Position numbers and translations under genes: made by a program. A stretch of 64,000 nucleotides of DNA, taken from Cycas panzhihuaensis. Lineage: Eukaryota; Plantae; Cycadophyta. Below, one piece after another: positions 24,901 to 39,010 of this stretch. The DNA lies in assembly GCA_023213395.1 (NCBI GenBank), contig CM041465.1, positions 209,567,741-209,631,740 on the forward strand. Reading direction: 5' to 3'. The notes below the pieces were generated by a model. That model was not told where the DNA came from, did not search any database, and was given only the letters and a program-made list of their open reading frames with translations. Numbering within the stretch: the first letter of the stretch is position 1; each line of letters opens with the position of its first letter.

Positions 24901-27868
24901 TCACTATATGATATAATTAATCCTTCTATTTTTGGATCTCCATTAAATGTTTGAATATTTTACATGAAAGCCATGACTTATTTTAGATCATCATATAATT
25001 ATTATTATGCATACACTCCCTACCAATATGAGAACATTCAAGTAAGATTTTGTGCATTGCTAGATCTTTACCCCACTAGTGATTTGGTATAATGAATAGA
25101 AACACAATCATTGTAGAAAAAAGAAAACTTATAGAAATAAGAATATAATTACATAGGTATGCTAACTAGTTAATGGGGATTTGCTTCTCCAACTTAATAT
25201 AAGGCCTAGATCTAAGGAAAACCTAAGGAGAAAGAGGTAAATCTTATGCTACAAATACCATGTGTCCTATGTCTGATGAAAGTGTAGGAATACTTATAAT
25301 GAGGAAGTGTTCTTGTCTTATGGCATAAACAAATATTTCCTCTTTTCTTTTGCCAAAAATAATCAAACAAAGTATAAAAGAGGCTCTTACCCAATTTGTC
25401 ACTTGATGTGTGCTTCTACTTAATATGTGTATCATTATTGAAATATTTGTGACTCCTTTTCATTCTTTTACTAGTAAGACAATGTCACAAAGAGAGCTAC
25501 CAAGCACCTACTATTCTTTTAGAGAAAATTAAATCTCAAATAGGAAAGGAGATCAAGAGTTATCTCATCTAGCGATGTGATTTTATATAAATTGTATTAG
25601 TCGTAATTTGTTAAGTCCTTTAAAGCAATAAAATAAGTAACTAAGAAGATAAGAAAAAAGTTGAAAGAGTGTAAGAACATAATAAAATCAAACAAATAAA
25701 TATTGGAGAGACTAAACAAAATAGATTGATATAAATGAAAGATGATGTTAACACTATAACAATAATGATTAAAATGATAAAGACTATCTTATTTGAGTGT
25801 TAATAAGTAGGGGATATAGATGGCATGAAATGGTATTAAAATTATTCATAAGTATAAGGATGACCTAAGTCATGAATACATAAAGGTATTTATAGTATAA
25901 TGAAGAGGAGTGAAGAGAGAATAAGTCTCAAAACATATTGTGAAGTTAGATTTTTAGACCAATAAGTAATAATTATACTTTTTAAAGGGATTGTTATGAA
26001 TCCAACCTCAAATACCATAAAATTAGTCTAATGGAAGTAGATGAAAATGTTAAAAGGGCATAACTTTCTTATATAGTGTCTATTTTCAAGTCATGACAAC
26101 TTATTTTATATCTACTTAATGAGATATATATAATGGGCTATGTGAAAGAAGTAATTACATTCAAATTAAGTTTAAAGATGTAAAAGAAATAAAATGTGAA
26201 TGAAAAATAATGGAGAGAAATATTGCAATGGAGGAAAAAGTGATTATCTTAGGCATTGACTCAATTTGTTATACCTCCATAACATAGTATGTTATTTGAG
26301 ACATCATTATTAGCATATGAAAAATGCATATGCATAAGAAAATAATATAAATACTCATTCAAATACAATATTAAGCAAATGTTAAGTAAATATAGAAAAT
26401 CAAATGTAATATCAAACAAATAATAACTAGTAAATGTATATCTAATGTGAGAGAAAATAATTATACCTGAGGTTCAAGGATTTTGGGCAAAAGACCCAAA
26501 ATTGAGAAAATATTTTTTACCTTAGTAATGGAGCTTAATAGAGCTCATGTCATATAGAGTGAACATTTCCAAAATCATATCTTACAACTATACATATAAT
26601 ATTATGAATATTCTACATCTTGTTAAGGTTTTGTATGAGCATGTCATATTGGAAATCAAATAAAAAATATTTGATTTTACAATTTTGTGAGCATTGTAAA
26701 GGTGAACAATGCTACACTAATGATAACACTACTAGTGTGATCTTAAATGATCAAAGTAGGTATAGAAGAACTAAGATTTCCTTAAATTTCTCTTAAAGGT
26801 ATGAGTACATAATGTCATAAAAATATAAATAATAATATGAGACTTATGTTAGCAAGAACAATATGATGGATAAGGAAGTGTACATGAATCAATCAATAAA
26901 GAGAATAATATGGTAATTTTGATAAAAATTAACTTAAGGTATGACATCCAAGAATGGTGATTTTAATGTCTCACTCTATTTAGCTATGACTCCTCTTTTA
27001 TACACATCAATCGAGCTTATAATATATTCAATAACAAAAGGAAGCTATGTGAACTATCTACCACTAAACTCATTGGCCAAAAATATGTATATATGAGGTC
27101 AAATAGGGGTTGTCTATTTAATGAGTAATATGATGAAACTCATAAGCTAATCTTTATTAAACCCATCGATATGTTGAAAAATGTGACTCAGCTCTTTTTC
27201 TTTATTAAATTTTATAATTTTCTTTTTTTTTTCCTATCATATAAATCTATAGTTTAGTAAATGGTTATATGAGATTAAATAAATTAAACTATCATTAAAC
27301 CTATAGATAGGATGATAATTTCATCTAATTTAATATATAAGACTTATGGTATGAGTTATCCTCAAGTGCAAGTGAGGAGAAATTAATCATTTTAAAGATG
27401 TCTACTTGGTTGTGTGTGTATTTAACATAACACAAAGCCAAAAATAACCAAAGTATTACTTGATTAAACCAAACTATAAGTAATTAAGAGGTATGTCAAT
27501 CAAATCCTAATCTTAAAATTTAACTAGAGTTACTAATATATCTATGTGAAATAAATATTAGCATATTAATAAGCACCCGAAGTAACTCTATATTATAGGG
27601 ATTGTGAGAGATCACATTGATATATATAGTAAGAGTGAAGGAATGTCAAACTAATGTATGAAAATATAGACACATGTGACTTACCATAGTTTAAGCTCCT
27701 TTGTAGTTAGGTTTTTAAAGCCATAGTTTATACTCATTATAGAGTTAGTAGTGTGAGGAAATCTTAAATAATAAACCTTGTTCCTATGCTTAAATTGGGA
27801 AGTATTTTTTAGATAGGATAATTTACTTATAACCAAGCAAAATATTTGTTTCTTAGGAAGATGTAGAA
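21976..27868 (+). repeat. Tandem segmental duplication, unit 2
   Basis: Colinear diverged copy of 16041-21956. Confidence 0.95.
23253..24657 (+). pseudogene. Decayed copia RT-RNase H fragment plus PPT (copy 2)
   Basis: Duplicate of 17321-18749; LTR at 24658-~24964. Confidence 0.85.
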
Positions 27869-27869
27869 G

Positions 27870-30800
27870 GGAAAACAAAATTAATTATCATTTTTCCTTT
27901 ATCAGTAAGGAGAAGATCTTTTTTAAATTGAGTGGTTTGCTCATTATTAGGTAAAGGGATGTCTTCTTTAGAAGATTAAGAAGAAGTATTGGATTTAGAT
28001 GAATTCGTATTATCATTTTGTCTTTGTTGTTGTTGTTATTTTCTCTTATTATTGTTACTATGTAAAGTCTATCACTCATCATGAAAACAACTCTTCATTC
28101 CATGGAAAGGGAACCATTGTCTAGTATAACCTTTAGTAAAGGGATGTATTTTTTATCAAGTATGATGGTTTTAGATGATTTCCCTTCTTGTATGTTATTC
28201 TCAATTAAGTTAGGGACATCTAATTCATGCTATAAACTATAAAGTAAGGATATAAATTAATCTAGAAATTTATCTTGAGTGTTGGGTTTAAACTCTTCGA
28301 AGATTCATACTTAATCTTATTTATAGTTAAAAGGCTTTAGGACAGGATTAATAGTAACTTAAGTTTCAAACATTTCAAGCATAAGAGATTTGGTAAGGGC
28401 ATCTTAATAATAACTAAGGTTCATCTTTAGTAATTTAAAATGTAGTTATGGCCTAAGCATTTAAAAAAATAAGAAAATAATAAGACCATCAGGGTACTAA
28501 CATTTTAATATAAAATCTAAGCCTTAAAATCATTTAGGAAATTCATGATAAATTTCCTTAGAACCTTATTTAGCAAATAATAGAGCTTTGGCATTTAGAT
28601 TAATAGGTTTCCTTATATCAAAATAGGCAATAAATTAATCAACCAATTACTAAAAAGTATAAATAGAGCAAGGAGGTAATTGATGGAACTATTTAAGGGC
28701 AACATTGAAAAGTGTATGCAAGAAAAGGAGGCAAAAAACATTATTATTTTTTTGCCATAGAGAGCATATTAGGTAAAATACATGAACATGTTTTTGTAAG
28801 TCTTCTCCTTGTGTATCTTTAAAGTGAGGAAATGAAAGGAAAATGAGGGGAAGAGGAGTGATCTGAATGTCAGGTGTAAGAGGGCTATTCATATAATCCA
28901 CATAGGACCTACAAAAGCCTTGAGTAAGGGTTGTCAATCCTAAGATAAGATAATAAATATTTCATACAACTAGATTATTTTTAAATGGAAAAAATTTATG
29001 GGGAGGATTTTATGGGGGAAAAGTGGATTGTTTGATTCCAAAGCTAGACTAACTAAGTTTAATACCCTACATTAGAGGGTTTAAAAACTAGTTAGACTAT
29101 GAGGATAGAAAATTCGGATCAAATTAAGGGTTGATATAAAAATATTATTATGATTAAGGACCCTTATAAGGATATGAAGGTGCCTGGTAGCTAGGTGCCC
29201 CCATGGGGTTTTGTAACAAAACACTATGAGATGTAAAAGGCTGGGGTATAAACTTTAAACCTAATTGAAAGGATGTGTTAACTTGAAAAGTGAAATTATT
29301 GAGTGATGATAATAATTATTAAAGAAGTAACTTAATATTAACTTAAAGGTTTTGATATCATAAAGTTCCTTATTAAGGGTTTGTTCCTTAATTCAATAAA
29401 ACACCAAGGGAACTAATAACTTGAGTTATCTCCACAAAATTACTGGGTGTGGTGGACATTTAAGATGGGGCTTATTGAAGAGTAAGTTATGAAATTTATT
29501 GAGAAATAGGTGAAAGTCTTAGGATTAACAACACAAAAGATGAATTTGTATCAAGGAGGTGAATGTAGGAGGAGAAACACCTAAGATTTGAGTTTATATT
29601 GATTATAGCATGGGAACACATTATGTCTAATAAAAAGAAAGAAGAGATGATTATGAAGGACCAAAAGGACAGGTCTTAGATGGAGTAGAATCCATATCAA
29701 AGGGAGAATTTTGTGTAGGAGGTCCAAAAATGGCCAATGGTCTAGTCAAAATAGTTTATATGTGAGGGATAGAGGGTGACTCAAATATTAAAGGCAACTA
29801 AAAGGCTATTGGATCTATCTGATCAATGTATTATGTGAAAGGTCTAACTTCACCAACAAAGGATATTAGGTAAGAGGGGAAATTAATTGATTTAGAATGT
29901 ATTTAACTAACTCATGGTAAGGAGTGAGTTAAACACTTTTGAAATAGTAATACACTTATGAAAGTATATTACCTTTTTAAAAGGACAAAAAACAAGCACT
30001 ATAAAAGAGGTTTGAGAAAGAAAAAGTTAATGTGGGAAGCATACCAAAAATAAAAAAGACTTAATTATGATTGGTAATGAAGAGTAAAAAGGTAGATTAT
30101 AAGAAAAACAAGTCTTAAATGCGTGAAAACAAAGAAAACAAGTTTACGTAATGCAAAAATAAATTTGCAAATCCTTTAATTTTTATAACATCAAACTTTA
30201 AACATTAAATAAACTCTCAAATGATTATAAAAAGACTCATGTGACTACTCGTTGTGATAATGTCTAAATAAAAATTAGCCAGTTGAGATGGTTTATAAGA
30301 GATATGCTTAAAATAGTGGAGATTAAAATTAAAGGATTTTGGTAATGTAATAATGCCTATTATTAAAATGATGATAACTTTTTATCATAATATTCAATTG
30401 ATCTAAAACCGCTTCTATAAAAAATTAGACTTTAAAACATATTTATTCATTTTTTTTTTTGAGGTTAATTAGATATTTATAGCTCTTGTTGTAGTCATTT
30501 GAAGTTATAGTAGTAAATTTCCTACCCTCTATATGGTGGTAAAAAGTGGGTTAAGATTCAAAACCTTATAATTTTTGTAATTCTACTCTAAAATCTTAAT
30601 CAACCTACTCAAAATTTATGACATAAGTCTAGTCATCTCAAATATATAGTTGTTTTCTTTTAAATTTGGTCACTTATAAGGTGGATTTTATGTACTTTAA
30701 GTGAGAGCTTTTTTTTCCCTAAGATGGGATTTAATTAATATATATTTTTTAAGTATTAAGGTTCATTCATGAGTGTGTTTAATGTTACTTTTGTCGAAAA

Positions 30801-32547
30801 AAATGAGCATAAAAAGGATTTTAACAGAGGATGATTTTGGCATGTTTACAAAATTATAATGACTTAAATAAGGGTTTATAGGCAAAAGGAAAGTTGAGTA
30901 CCTAATATGGTTACCAAAATTTTTATTGGTAGGGAGCTTTACTTCTCCTACTTAGTATGAAACCTATAGCTAAGGTGCACCTAAGGAAAAAGAGGTAAAT
31001 CTTTTACTATAACTAACATGTATCCCATATAATGAAAGCATGAGAATACTTTCAATAAAGAAGTGTTCTTGAATCATAGTATAAATAAATATTTCTTTTT
31101 GCCAAAAAATAATCAACAAAGTGCAAAAAAGGCTCACTCTTAGTTTGTTATTTGAGGTATGTCTTCACTTGATACATATTTTCTTGTTGAAGCATTTATG
31201 ACTTCTTTTATTTCTACTTATAAGAAGATATCACAAAGAGTACTACCAAGCACCCATTTTCCTTTTAGAGAAAATCAAACTCCAAACATAAAAGGAAATC
31301 AATAGTTACCTCATCTAGTAATGAGATTATGTGTAAGTCATGTTAGTAGTCACTTAACAAGTCCTCTAAAGTGATAAAATAAACAAGCAAGAAGATAAAG
31401 TGATTAAACCAAGATATAGTATGGGGAAAAAATAAAATTAAATAAATAAATATTAAAGAGATTAAACCAAATATACTAATCTTGATGGAAGATGGTGTTA
31501 ATTGCATCATAATAATGATCAAAGAGTACTACCAAGCATCCATTATCCTTTTAGAGAAAATCAAACTCCAAACATAAAAGGAAATCAATAGTTGCCTCAT
31601 CTAGTAATGCGATTATATGTAAGTCATGTTAGTAGTCACTTAACAAGTCCTCTAAAGTGATAAAATAAGCAAGTAAGAAGATAAAGTGATTAAACCAAGA
31701 TGTAGTACGGGGGCAAAATAAAATTAAACAAATAAATGTTAAAGAGATTGAACCAAATATATTAATATTGATGGAAGATGATGTTGATTGCATCATAAGA
31801 ATGATCAAAATGATGAATAACGCCTTACTTAAGCATCTAGAAGTAGGGGAAAGAGATGACATTAAATGGTAATAAAATCATTTATACATATAATGATGAT
31901 TCAAGTCATGAATACATAAGGGCATTTATAATGAAATGAAGAGAAGTAAAGAAAGAATAAATCTCAAAGCATATTGTAAAGTTAATGTTTTAGACTAGTG
32001 AGTAATAAATGTACTATGTTTAAGGGGTTATTATAAACTTAACTTTGAGCAGTGTGAAATTAGACCAATGGAAGAAGACAAAAATGTAAGATAGGCATAA
32101 CTTCCTTATATAGTATCCATTTTTAAACCATGACCACATATTTCATATCTACTTAAGGTGATCTACATGATAGGACATATGGGATAAGTAATTATATTTA
32201 AATTAGGGTTAAAATTATAAAAGAAGCAAAATATAAATGAGAAATAATAGAGAAGTATTACAACATAGAAAAAAGTGGTTGTCTTAGGCATTGAATTAAT
32301 TAATTACACACCCATCATATATCGTGCCATTGAAGATGTTGTCATTAGCATGTGAAGGGTGAAATATACATAATCAAACCAAATAAATGCTTAAATAAAT
32401 ATAGTATTAATAAATAATAAATAAATATAAGCAATCAAATGTAGCATCAAGTAAATAATAAGCAACTAATATATATCTAATGTGAGAGAAAAGAATTATA
32501 CCCAAGGTTCCTAAATTTTGGGTAACATGCCCAAAATTGAGGAAACA
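27870..32547 (-). mobile_element. 5' half of a Tat/Athila-like gypsy element: 5' LTR 30927-32547, long leader, gag remnant ~28400-28940
   Basis: ORF 28689-28937 FPHFKDTQGEDLQKHVHVFYLICSLWQ...LFLHTLFNVALK is retrotransposon-gag-like; degenerate PBS-like aattttggtaacc next to the LTR end. Confidence 0.65.
31234..31809 (+). repeat. 286-bp tandem duplication inside the LTR
   Basis: caaagagtactaccaagca... at 31234 and 31520; caaa microhomology at the junctions; single copy in the homologous LTRs at 19261 and 25169. Confidence 0.92.
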
Positions 32548-32937
32548 AGATGAAAAGTTTTAAATCATTTCATTTTTTTTTCTAAACTTAAAAGAAATTA
32601 AATTAATTAAAATTTAGTTTAAGATCCACCCCTCAAGCCTTTAGTAGTAGGTTACATGTGGATTTTCCATGTGATTGAGAGAAAATTATAAAGGGGCTAA
32701 AGAAATTTTTTTAGCCCATTGATGAATTCTTATACTTGCTACTTCTCTAATTTTAGTCCTCCTACCCTCATTTAAGTATGATTCCCCTCTCCCACATTAG
32801 ATATACATAGACTAATTATTTGTCTTATTCTATATTTGATTGCTTGCATTTATTTATCTTTTTATCTTATATTGTATTTTGACTAAACATTTGCTTGTGC
32901 TTGCCTTTAGATATTACATCCTCCACTTGCTAACTAT

Positions 32938-35900
32938 TGTGGACCTATACCACTAATGGATGTCGGCCATAGTTATGGATAAATAATGGATTAATAGAAG
33001 TTAGTCTCAATCATAATTATTAGAAGCTTCTTTTATTATTATTAGGGACTAAGTATCTTATTATTATCATTGGAAGTCAATTTTATTATTATTAGGAAGT
33101 TAAATTTTTTTTTAAAGGTGATTAATTTTAACACCTACAAATATAGAATTATCTTTCATTTGTAAATAATCTTTTGTGAGTTAATTTGTTTGGGGTCATT
33201 TAATCATTTAGGCTCTTAGGAGCTTCATTTCATATTTCTTTTCAATTTTCTTTATTTTAAGGAAGTGGATCCAATTTAGAATCACTGCAAGTGGTATCCA
33301 AGACTTATTTTTGGCTTATTAAGCATCTATATTTTTGGGAGTAAAAGTGAAAGAATATTAAGAAAATAATTATAATGTTAAATCAAACTGTCTTGTTTAA
33401 AAAATTTTGAGTGGTTATACAATAGGTTTTACAATAAAAATATTAAAGTTATAGGGAATTTAATCTTAGTTTGTTGTTTGCTACCATCTTTATGGCCTAA
33501 AATCTACTACTACAACTTCAAATATCTGTAAATTTGGATATAAATGTCCAATTGACCTAAATTATTTTTTTGAATTTATATATCTCAATATTTATTTTTT
33601 GTTAGAAGTGGCTTTAGATCTATTGGATATCAAAGTAAAATATTATTAGCATTTTAGTAATAAGTATTATTGTAATCCCAAAAAACCATGATTATGATTG
33701 ATCTTAAAAGGGCCATAATTTTTGCTACACGTATCAGAATTTAATTTTATCTAAACCATTAGGATATTGGCTTAGAGAACATTATTTTGAGTTATAATTT
33801 TGAATATTTTTATATTAAATTAATGTATTAGATACTAGAAGATATTGAGGAAGCTATTATGTTATTTACAAAATCAAAGCTTCATTAAGGATATAGGAAA
33901 CTAGATATGATTGAACCCTTTATAAGAATGGATCATAACACTATAGACATCCAAATCCTTTGAGAAGATCTCAAAAAATATGTGGATAGGATTGAGAAGG
34001 GCTTCTATGAACTCCTCAAGAATATAGACTAAGATTCAACCAATTAGAGAGTTAAAATACAAAAAAAGATCTTACATAGTAGATAGATTCAAAGGGCCCT
34101 AAAAGGAATAATAATAGGAAGGGTCAAAAGAAATATAAAAGATAATATGAAGATTGTAAGAAGTATAAATGATGTGACAATTTTCAACTACTAGTTTTCT
34201 ATCATAATTTTAAAGTACCTATATATTCACAGGATGGTGTAATTGAAGTAGAAGAGTAACTAGCGAATATAGAAAATACTATTAAATCACTTCATATCAA
34301 TGATTCCAAGGGGCAAATCAACTTTGTTATAGACCATCTTATAGAGTATATGTATATGTGGGCTATATTATAGAAGATGGGAGGTAAAACTCATATTTTC
34401 AAATATTTTAGAGAAGCCTTTTAAGAATAAATAAAAGAATTTAAGAAGCCCTTAACAAGGGCTAACACCTCCTTCACTAGGTGTCCCCCACCATATATCA
34501 ATAATCCATGACCTATGATATAAACAAAGTTCATTTATTATAGAACAAATATATCAAATAAAATGAGCAATATGATGTAATAAGAGAAGGCTAAATATCA
34601 AATCACTTAAAATGGGATTTAATGTCATGACATTGCCCAAAATCCCATTATTGAGATCCAAGGCAATTTTACCTAATAAGTAAGGAACCCTGAGCTATCA
34701 AGTTGATAGTTCTAATATAAGTAAAGCCCTAGGCATTACATAAGGTGAGCAAGAAGGCAAAAATGATAGAGAAAAGATACTTAATATTTGCTACATGTGT
34801 AAAAACCAATGGAGCAAAAAGAGCTAGTACATGTAAACCAATGAAGAGATCAATCTTGAAGATGATAAATGAGAAGAACATAAAGAAGACTTATAAGGGG
34901 GGGCAATCTCTTGATAAAGAATTAACTTGCATGGTAGAAGTAGAAGCAAAGGATAAGTATACTAAAGATCTCTCACCAACCATTTCAAGGGTGCCATCAA
35001 CCAACACCATAAAGCTCTTTGGCTATCTCAAAAAGCAAAATGCTATGATTCTTATCAATCTAGGTAATGCTTATAACGTAATTGATACCTGAATAACCAT
35101 AAAATTAGGATTGGATATGAAGAGAGAGAAGTCTTATAATGCACGCCAAGGAGAATAGAGCTTAGATAAGATTTAGTAGTAATGACTTCATATAGGTAAT
35201 TATGAGCTTTCAACCAATTACTACCATACTATTATAGAAAGGTTTGACATAATTTTAAGTGTCATATGGATACTAACACTTGCAACTTATGCTTTGAATC
35301 ATGATAGGGGCTTCATCAAGTTCATAATTGATGGGCAGAAATACCAACTAATAAGAAGTCACACCCCAACATTGAAAGTTAAAATTATGGGAGATAGCAT
35401 GAGGAATAATTAGGTTATTAGACAAAAATATCCACCTAATAAGATCTACACCCTAAGATTAAAGGTCATTCCTATAGAAAGCAATATATAGAATAACTCA
35501 CTAAGATTAGGTTAGATTCTATACTGCATTATACCTCTAGACCAAGGAGTTAAAGGAAGGCCATTCTACAAAAGAAGGGATAATTGCCCAATTCATTGAC
35601 CTACCTTAAAGGAGCAACATGTGCTATTATCAATTCTTTATAGTTAAAGTATGTTTTAGAGGAGAGAGAACTATTGTAGACCTAGATCACTAATAGAAGT
35701 TGGCTATAGCTATGTCTAGATCATGGATTAATATAAGTCAACCTCAATTATAATTATTAGAAGTTAATTTTATTATTAAGGGCTGGGTATCTTATTATTA
35801 TTGTTAGAAGTCAATTCTATTATTACTAGGAAGTTAGTTTTTTAAAAGGGGATAAATTTTGACACCTATAAATAGAAAACTATTATTCATTTATAAATAA

Positions 35901-37485
35901 TCTTTTGTGAATTAATTTATTTGGGTCTTTTAATTATTTGGGTTCTTAGGAGCTTCATTTTTTTTTTTTTTTATAAGGTAAAAATAAAGGGTTTTAAAAA
36001 GGGCCCCAACTTTATTACAGAATCTACCTCTCAGCTTTTAGGTCTGCTATGACAAGCCCATGGCCTATTTATCCCCTACCCTCTAAAAAGCGCCAGCTAT
36101 CCCTCCCCACCATGACAAGCCCAGTGGCTAACTTTGATCCTCCCTATGAAAAATGGCTTTTATATCTTCCTTCACTTGACTCAAAATGTCCTATGAGAAA
36201 TCCTCTTCCCATACACATGTGCTTTGGTACATTACCCCTTAATTTTCTAATTTATCAGCTAGCCCATTCCTTTCTTTGAATGTATGTAAAACCTTTACCT
36301 CCTTTCTATCCTTAAGGGCACCTTGGGTATCTCTGATCATGGCTATTGATTTCCAATTAGACACTAGCATTCCTCTAAGTATATTTATTACATTTAATGA
36401 ATCCCCTTCTATGATAACCCTATCATGGCCTTCCTCTGAGGCTAACCCCACTCTCCTCCACATTGTTGCCGCCTCTGCCCTATGGTTTGTTTGATGGCCA
36501 TAGTATTTTACAAGAGGCCATATAATCCCCCTCTCCAAGTTCTTGTAGATGCTACCTCCCCCTACCTCACTAGGATTACCTTTAGCTATCCTATAACAAT
36601 TTATTTTCACCCAGTTATCTGTTGGAGGGACCTAGGGGCAATGTCTTTTCCTCTTGTCCATAATAACTTAAGGCCTATTTACCCTCCAATTTTCTAATAT
36701 AATTCCTTTCGATTCTGAAACATAATTTTCTTCTTTAACCTGAATATTGGTGATCTTCACCATCGTAGAGTGGATGGACCTAGAGAGCCTGACTTCATCC
36801 AACTGCTTCTCCTGAAATAATCTTCTATTTCTCTCTTTTTATAAATTCTACATCATCACTAGTAGGGTAATTTGCTAGATATACTCTAGGGTCCTACTCT
36901 TAAAAGGGTTTCTCCAGGCCATATCTTATTCCTTGAGTGTTTTAGTGAACACCCACTCCATTCCAAACTAGCCTAAATAACCTTGCATACGCTCCTGGAA
37001 TAAGAGCAGTGGAGGAGGATGTGATCCACCGATTCCTTTGCCTCTCGACATAACACGCACCTATTAGTCAATACAAAACCCCTTCTCCACAAATTATCCA
37101 TAGTCAAGATTTTGTTCTTTAAATACAACCACCAGAAAACTATTACTTTAGGGATCAATACCACTTCCACACTCCTTCCAATAAAGGGGTCCGAGGAGCC
37201 CCCCCCTTCTTAACATAAAAAGAGATACCCATGCTTCATTGTATAGTCCCTTGAGGGAAAAAGGGGGCCATACTATTGAGTCTGCCTCTTCTATTTTAGG
37301 AATATAGTATTGCATTAAGTATTTTCTAAGGACTTCTATGGATTTCCTCATTCCTGCCCCCCCCTCCAATTCCTCAAATATTCTCCATCTCCTGGTCCAG
37401 CCCTGACTCAGTTAGGAGCTTCATTTCATGTTTTCTTTTAATTTTCTTTATTTTGAGGAAGTGGATCTAATTTAGGATCACTTCA
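32938..37485 (+). mobile_element. Non-autonomous chromovirus-type gypsy derivative F (gag and protease remnants, no RT/RH/INT)
   Basis: LTRs 32938-33289 and 35675-37485 (the latter split by a LINE), PBS-like tggtatccaagac at 33292, PPT agaggagagagaa 35658-35670, protease TIKLFGYLKKQNAMILINLGNAYNVID. Confidence 0.85.
35961..37411 (-). mobile_element. 5'-truncated L1-clade LINE (zf-RVT and RNase H remnants, poly(A) tail)
   Basis: Perfect 15-bp TSD ttaggagcttcattt (35946-35960, 37412-37426); poly(T) 35961-35972; KNKILTMDNLWRRG...RCVLCREAKESVDHILLHC; TNHRAEA...IIEGDSLNVI. Confidence 0.95.
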
Positions 37486-39010
37486 CTAATGATGAAAATG
37501 AAATATGTTCCACTATAACAACTCATGTTTTGGAGGCACAACCTTAGAGGTTAATTTAACCATTATAACAATTGTTATGATATATTTCTTCTATAATGAC
37601 TTCTTTTTATTTCATTCCATACTCTCTTTTGGCTCCTATAAGTGACCTTATCAAATTGAAATAAGAATGTATTCCTTTAAATTAAGTCTCACTTGGGTTA
37701 AGCATGAGTCAATTCCTCTTTAAGTAATTTGTTTAGGTCAACACAAGTATGTTTGACCACTTTGATTGCTTCTTTTATAATTTTGACCTTGATTTTGATA
37801 GTAATTGATTGTTCTACATAATTCATTATGTAGATCTTCTCAAATACATATGAAATATGTGGTTATGGATTGAAAACATACACTGTATAAGGAAGGTATG
37901 CCTATTTAAAGTTTTCAGATTCTTCCATATGCCAGTTTCTATCCACATGTAAATTTGAGAATTGATTTCATAATTAAACATCCTAAAATAATGCAACTTT
38001 CTCTAAAATTGACTTCAATATAAGTTTATGGGTTTATCCTCCTTATGCCACTATAAATATCCCTTAGATAATATGATTTTGTTTAATTTAATTTTCATAA
38101 CTCTGCTTGTGAACTTGCTTGCTTATGCTCAAGTAGAATTTTAATCATTATTTTCTTATTTATTTTCACCTGCAACTAGAGTATTTTTAGATGTCTTAGT
38201 TGTTTCCATTATGATTATAGAGATTATTGATTATTTGTTCAAAAACGGTTATTTTTTCTACCATACCATTAAGTTTTATTTTGTATTATAGCATCTCCTT
38301 ATTACTTTAGCAATGATACTACATAGTTTATTCTACTTGTTTGTGACCATATCATAGGCCACATACTACGCATTAATAATAATACTTTAGATCATATATT
38401 GGTAATTTGTAACCATACTATAGCTTCTATACTATGTTTTAGTAACACAGTTTCTATGTTTTAATAATATTATCGTAAGTTTCTTTTTGTATTGTTATGG
38501 TATTGATTGCCTTCCTTATTTTCTCATATAATTTTATTTTATTTTTCTCATAATTATTTATTTTATATTACTCACTCATATGTATAAATTTACTTTTCAC
38601 ATTTTGTTCTTATTTATTTATTACCTTGGAAGGCATCTTAAGTGTATGTTAATTGTACTCATATACAACCTTATCTTGATCTTAAGGCAACCCTCTTGAT
38701 GGGGTTAATGTTCCTCACCTAACTCCCACTTTAGAAACATATGAGCACACACTTCTTCATGGTAAGTAAGGTAAGATTATTTTATTGTGCATTATCATTA
38801 TTTTATATTAGTTTGAATTAGAGGTTGAGGAGGTTTCCCTCCTTCCTCAAAAGTATACATCTTATGGGGTTCTAAACTTGGTGTTCATCAACACCACCAT
38901 ACTATTAGAAAATTGATGTACTCTTTTCACAATGGGTTAATGCAAAGCTACTTCATAAGTGTACTTTGAATATGGCTTGATTTACATGCATTTATTTTCT
39001 ACTTTGAGTA

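Noticed and set aside
16041-27868. Two LTRs of a giant element or a tandem retrotransposon dimer
   Set aside because: The units lack TG..CA ends, have no PBS/PPT at the boundaries, and contain mixed element fragments.
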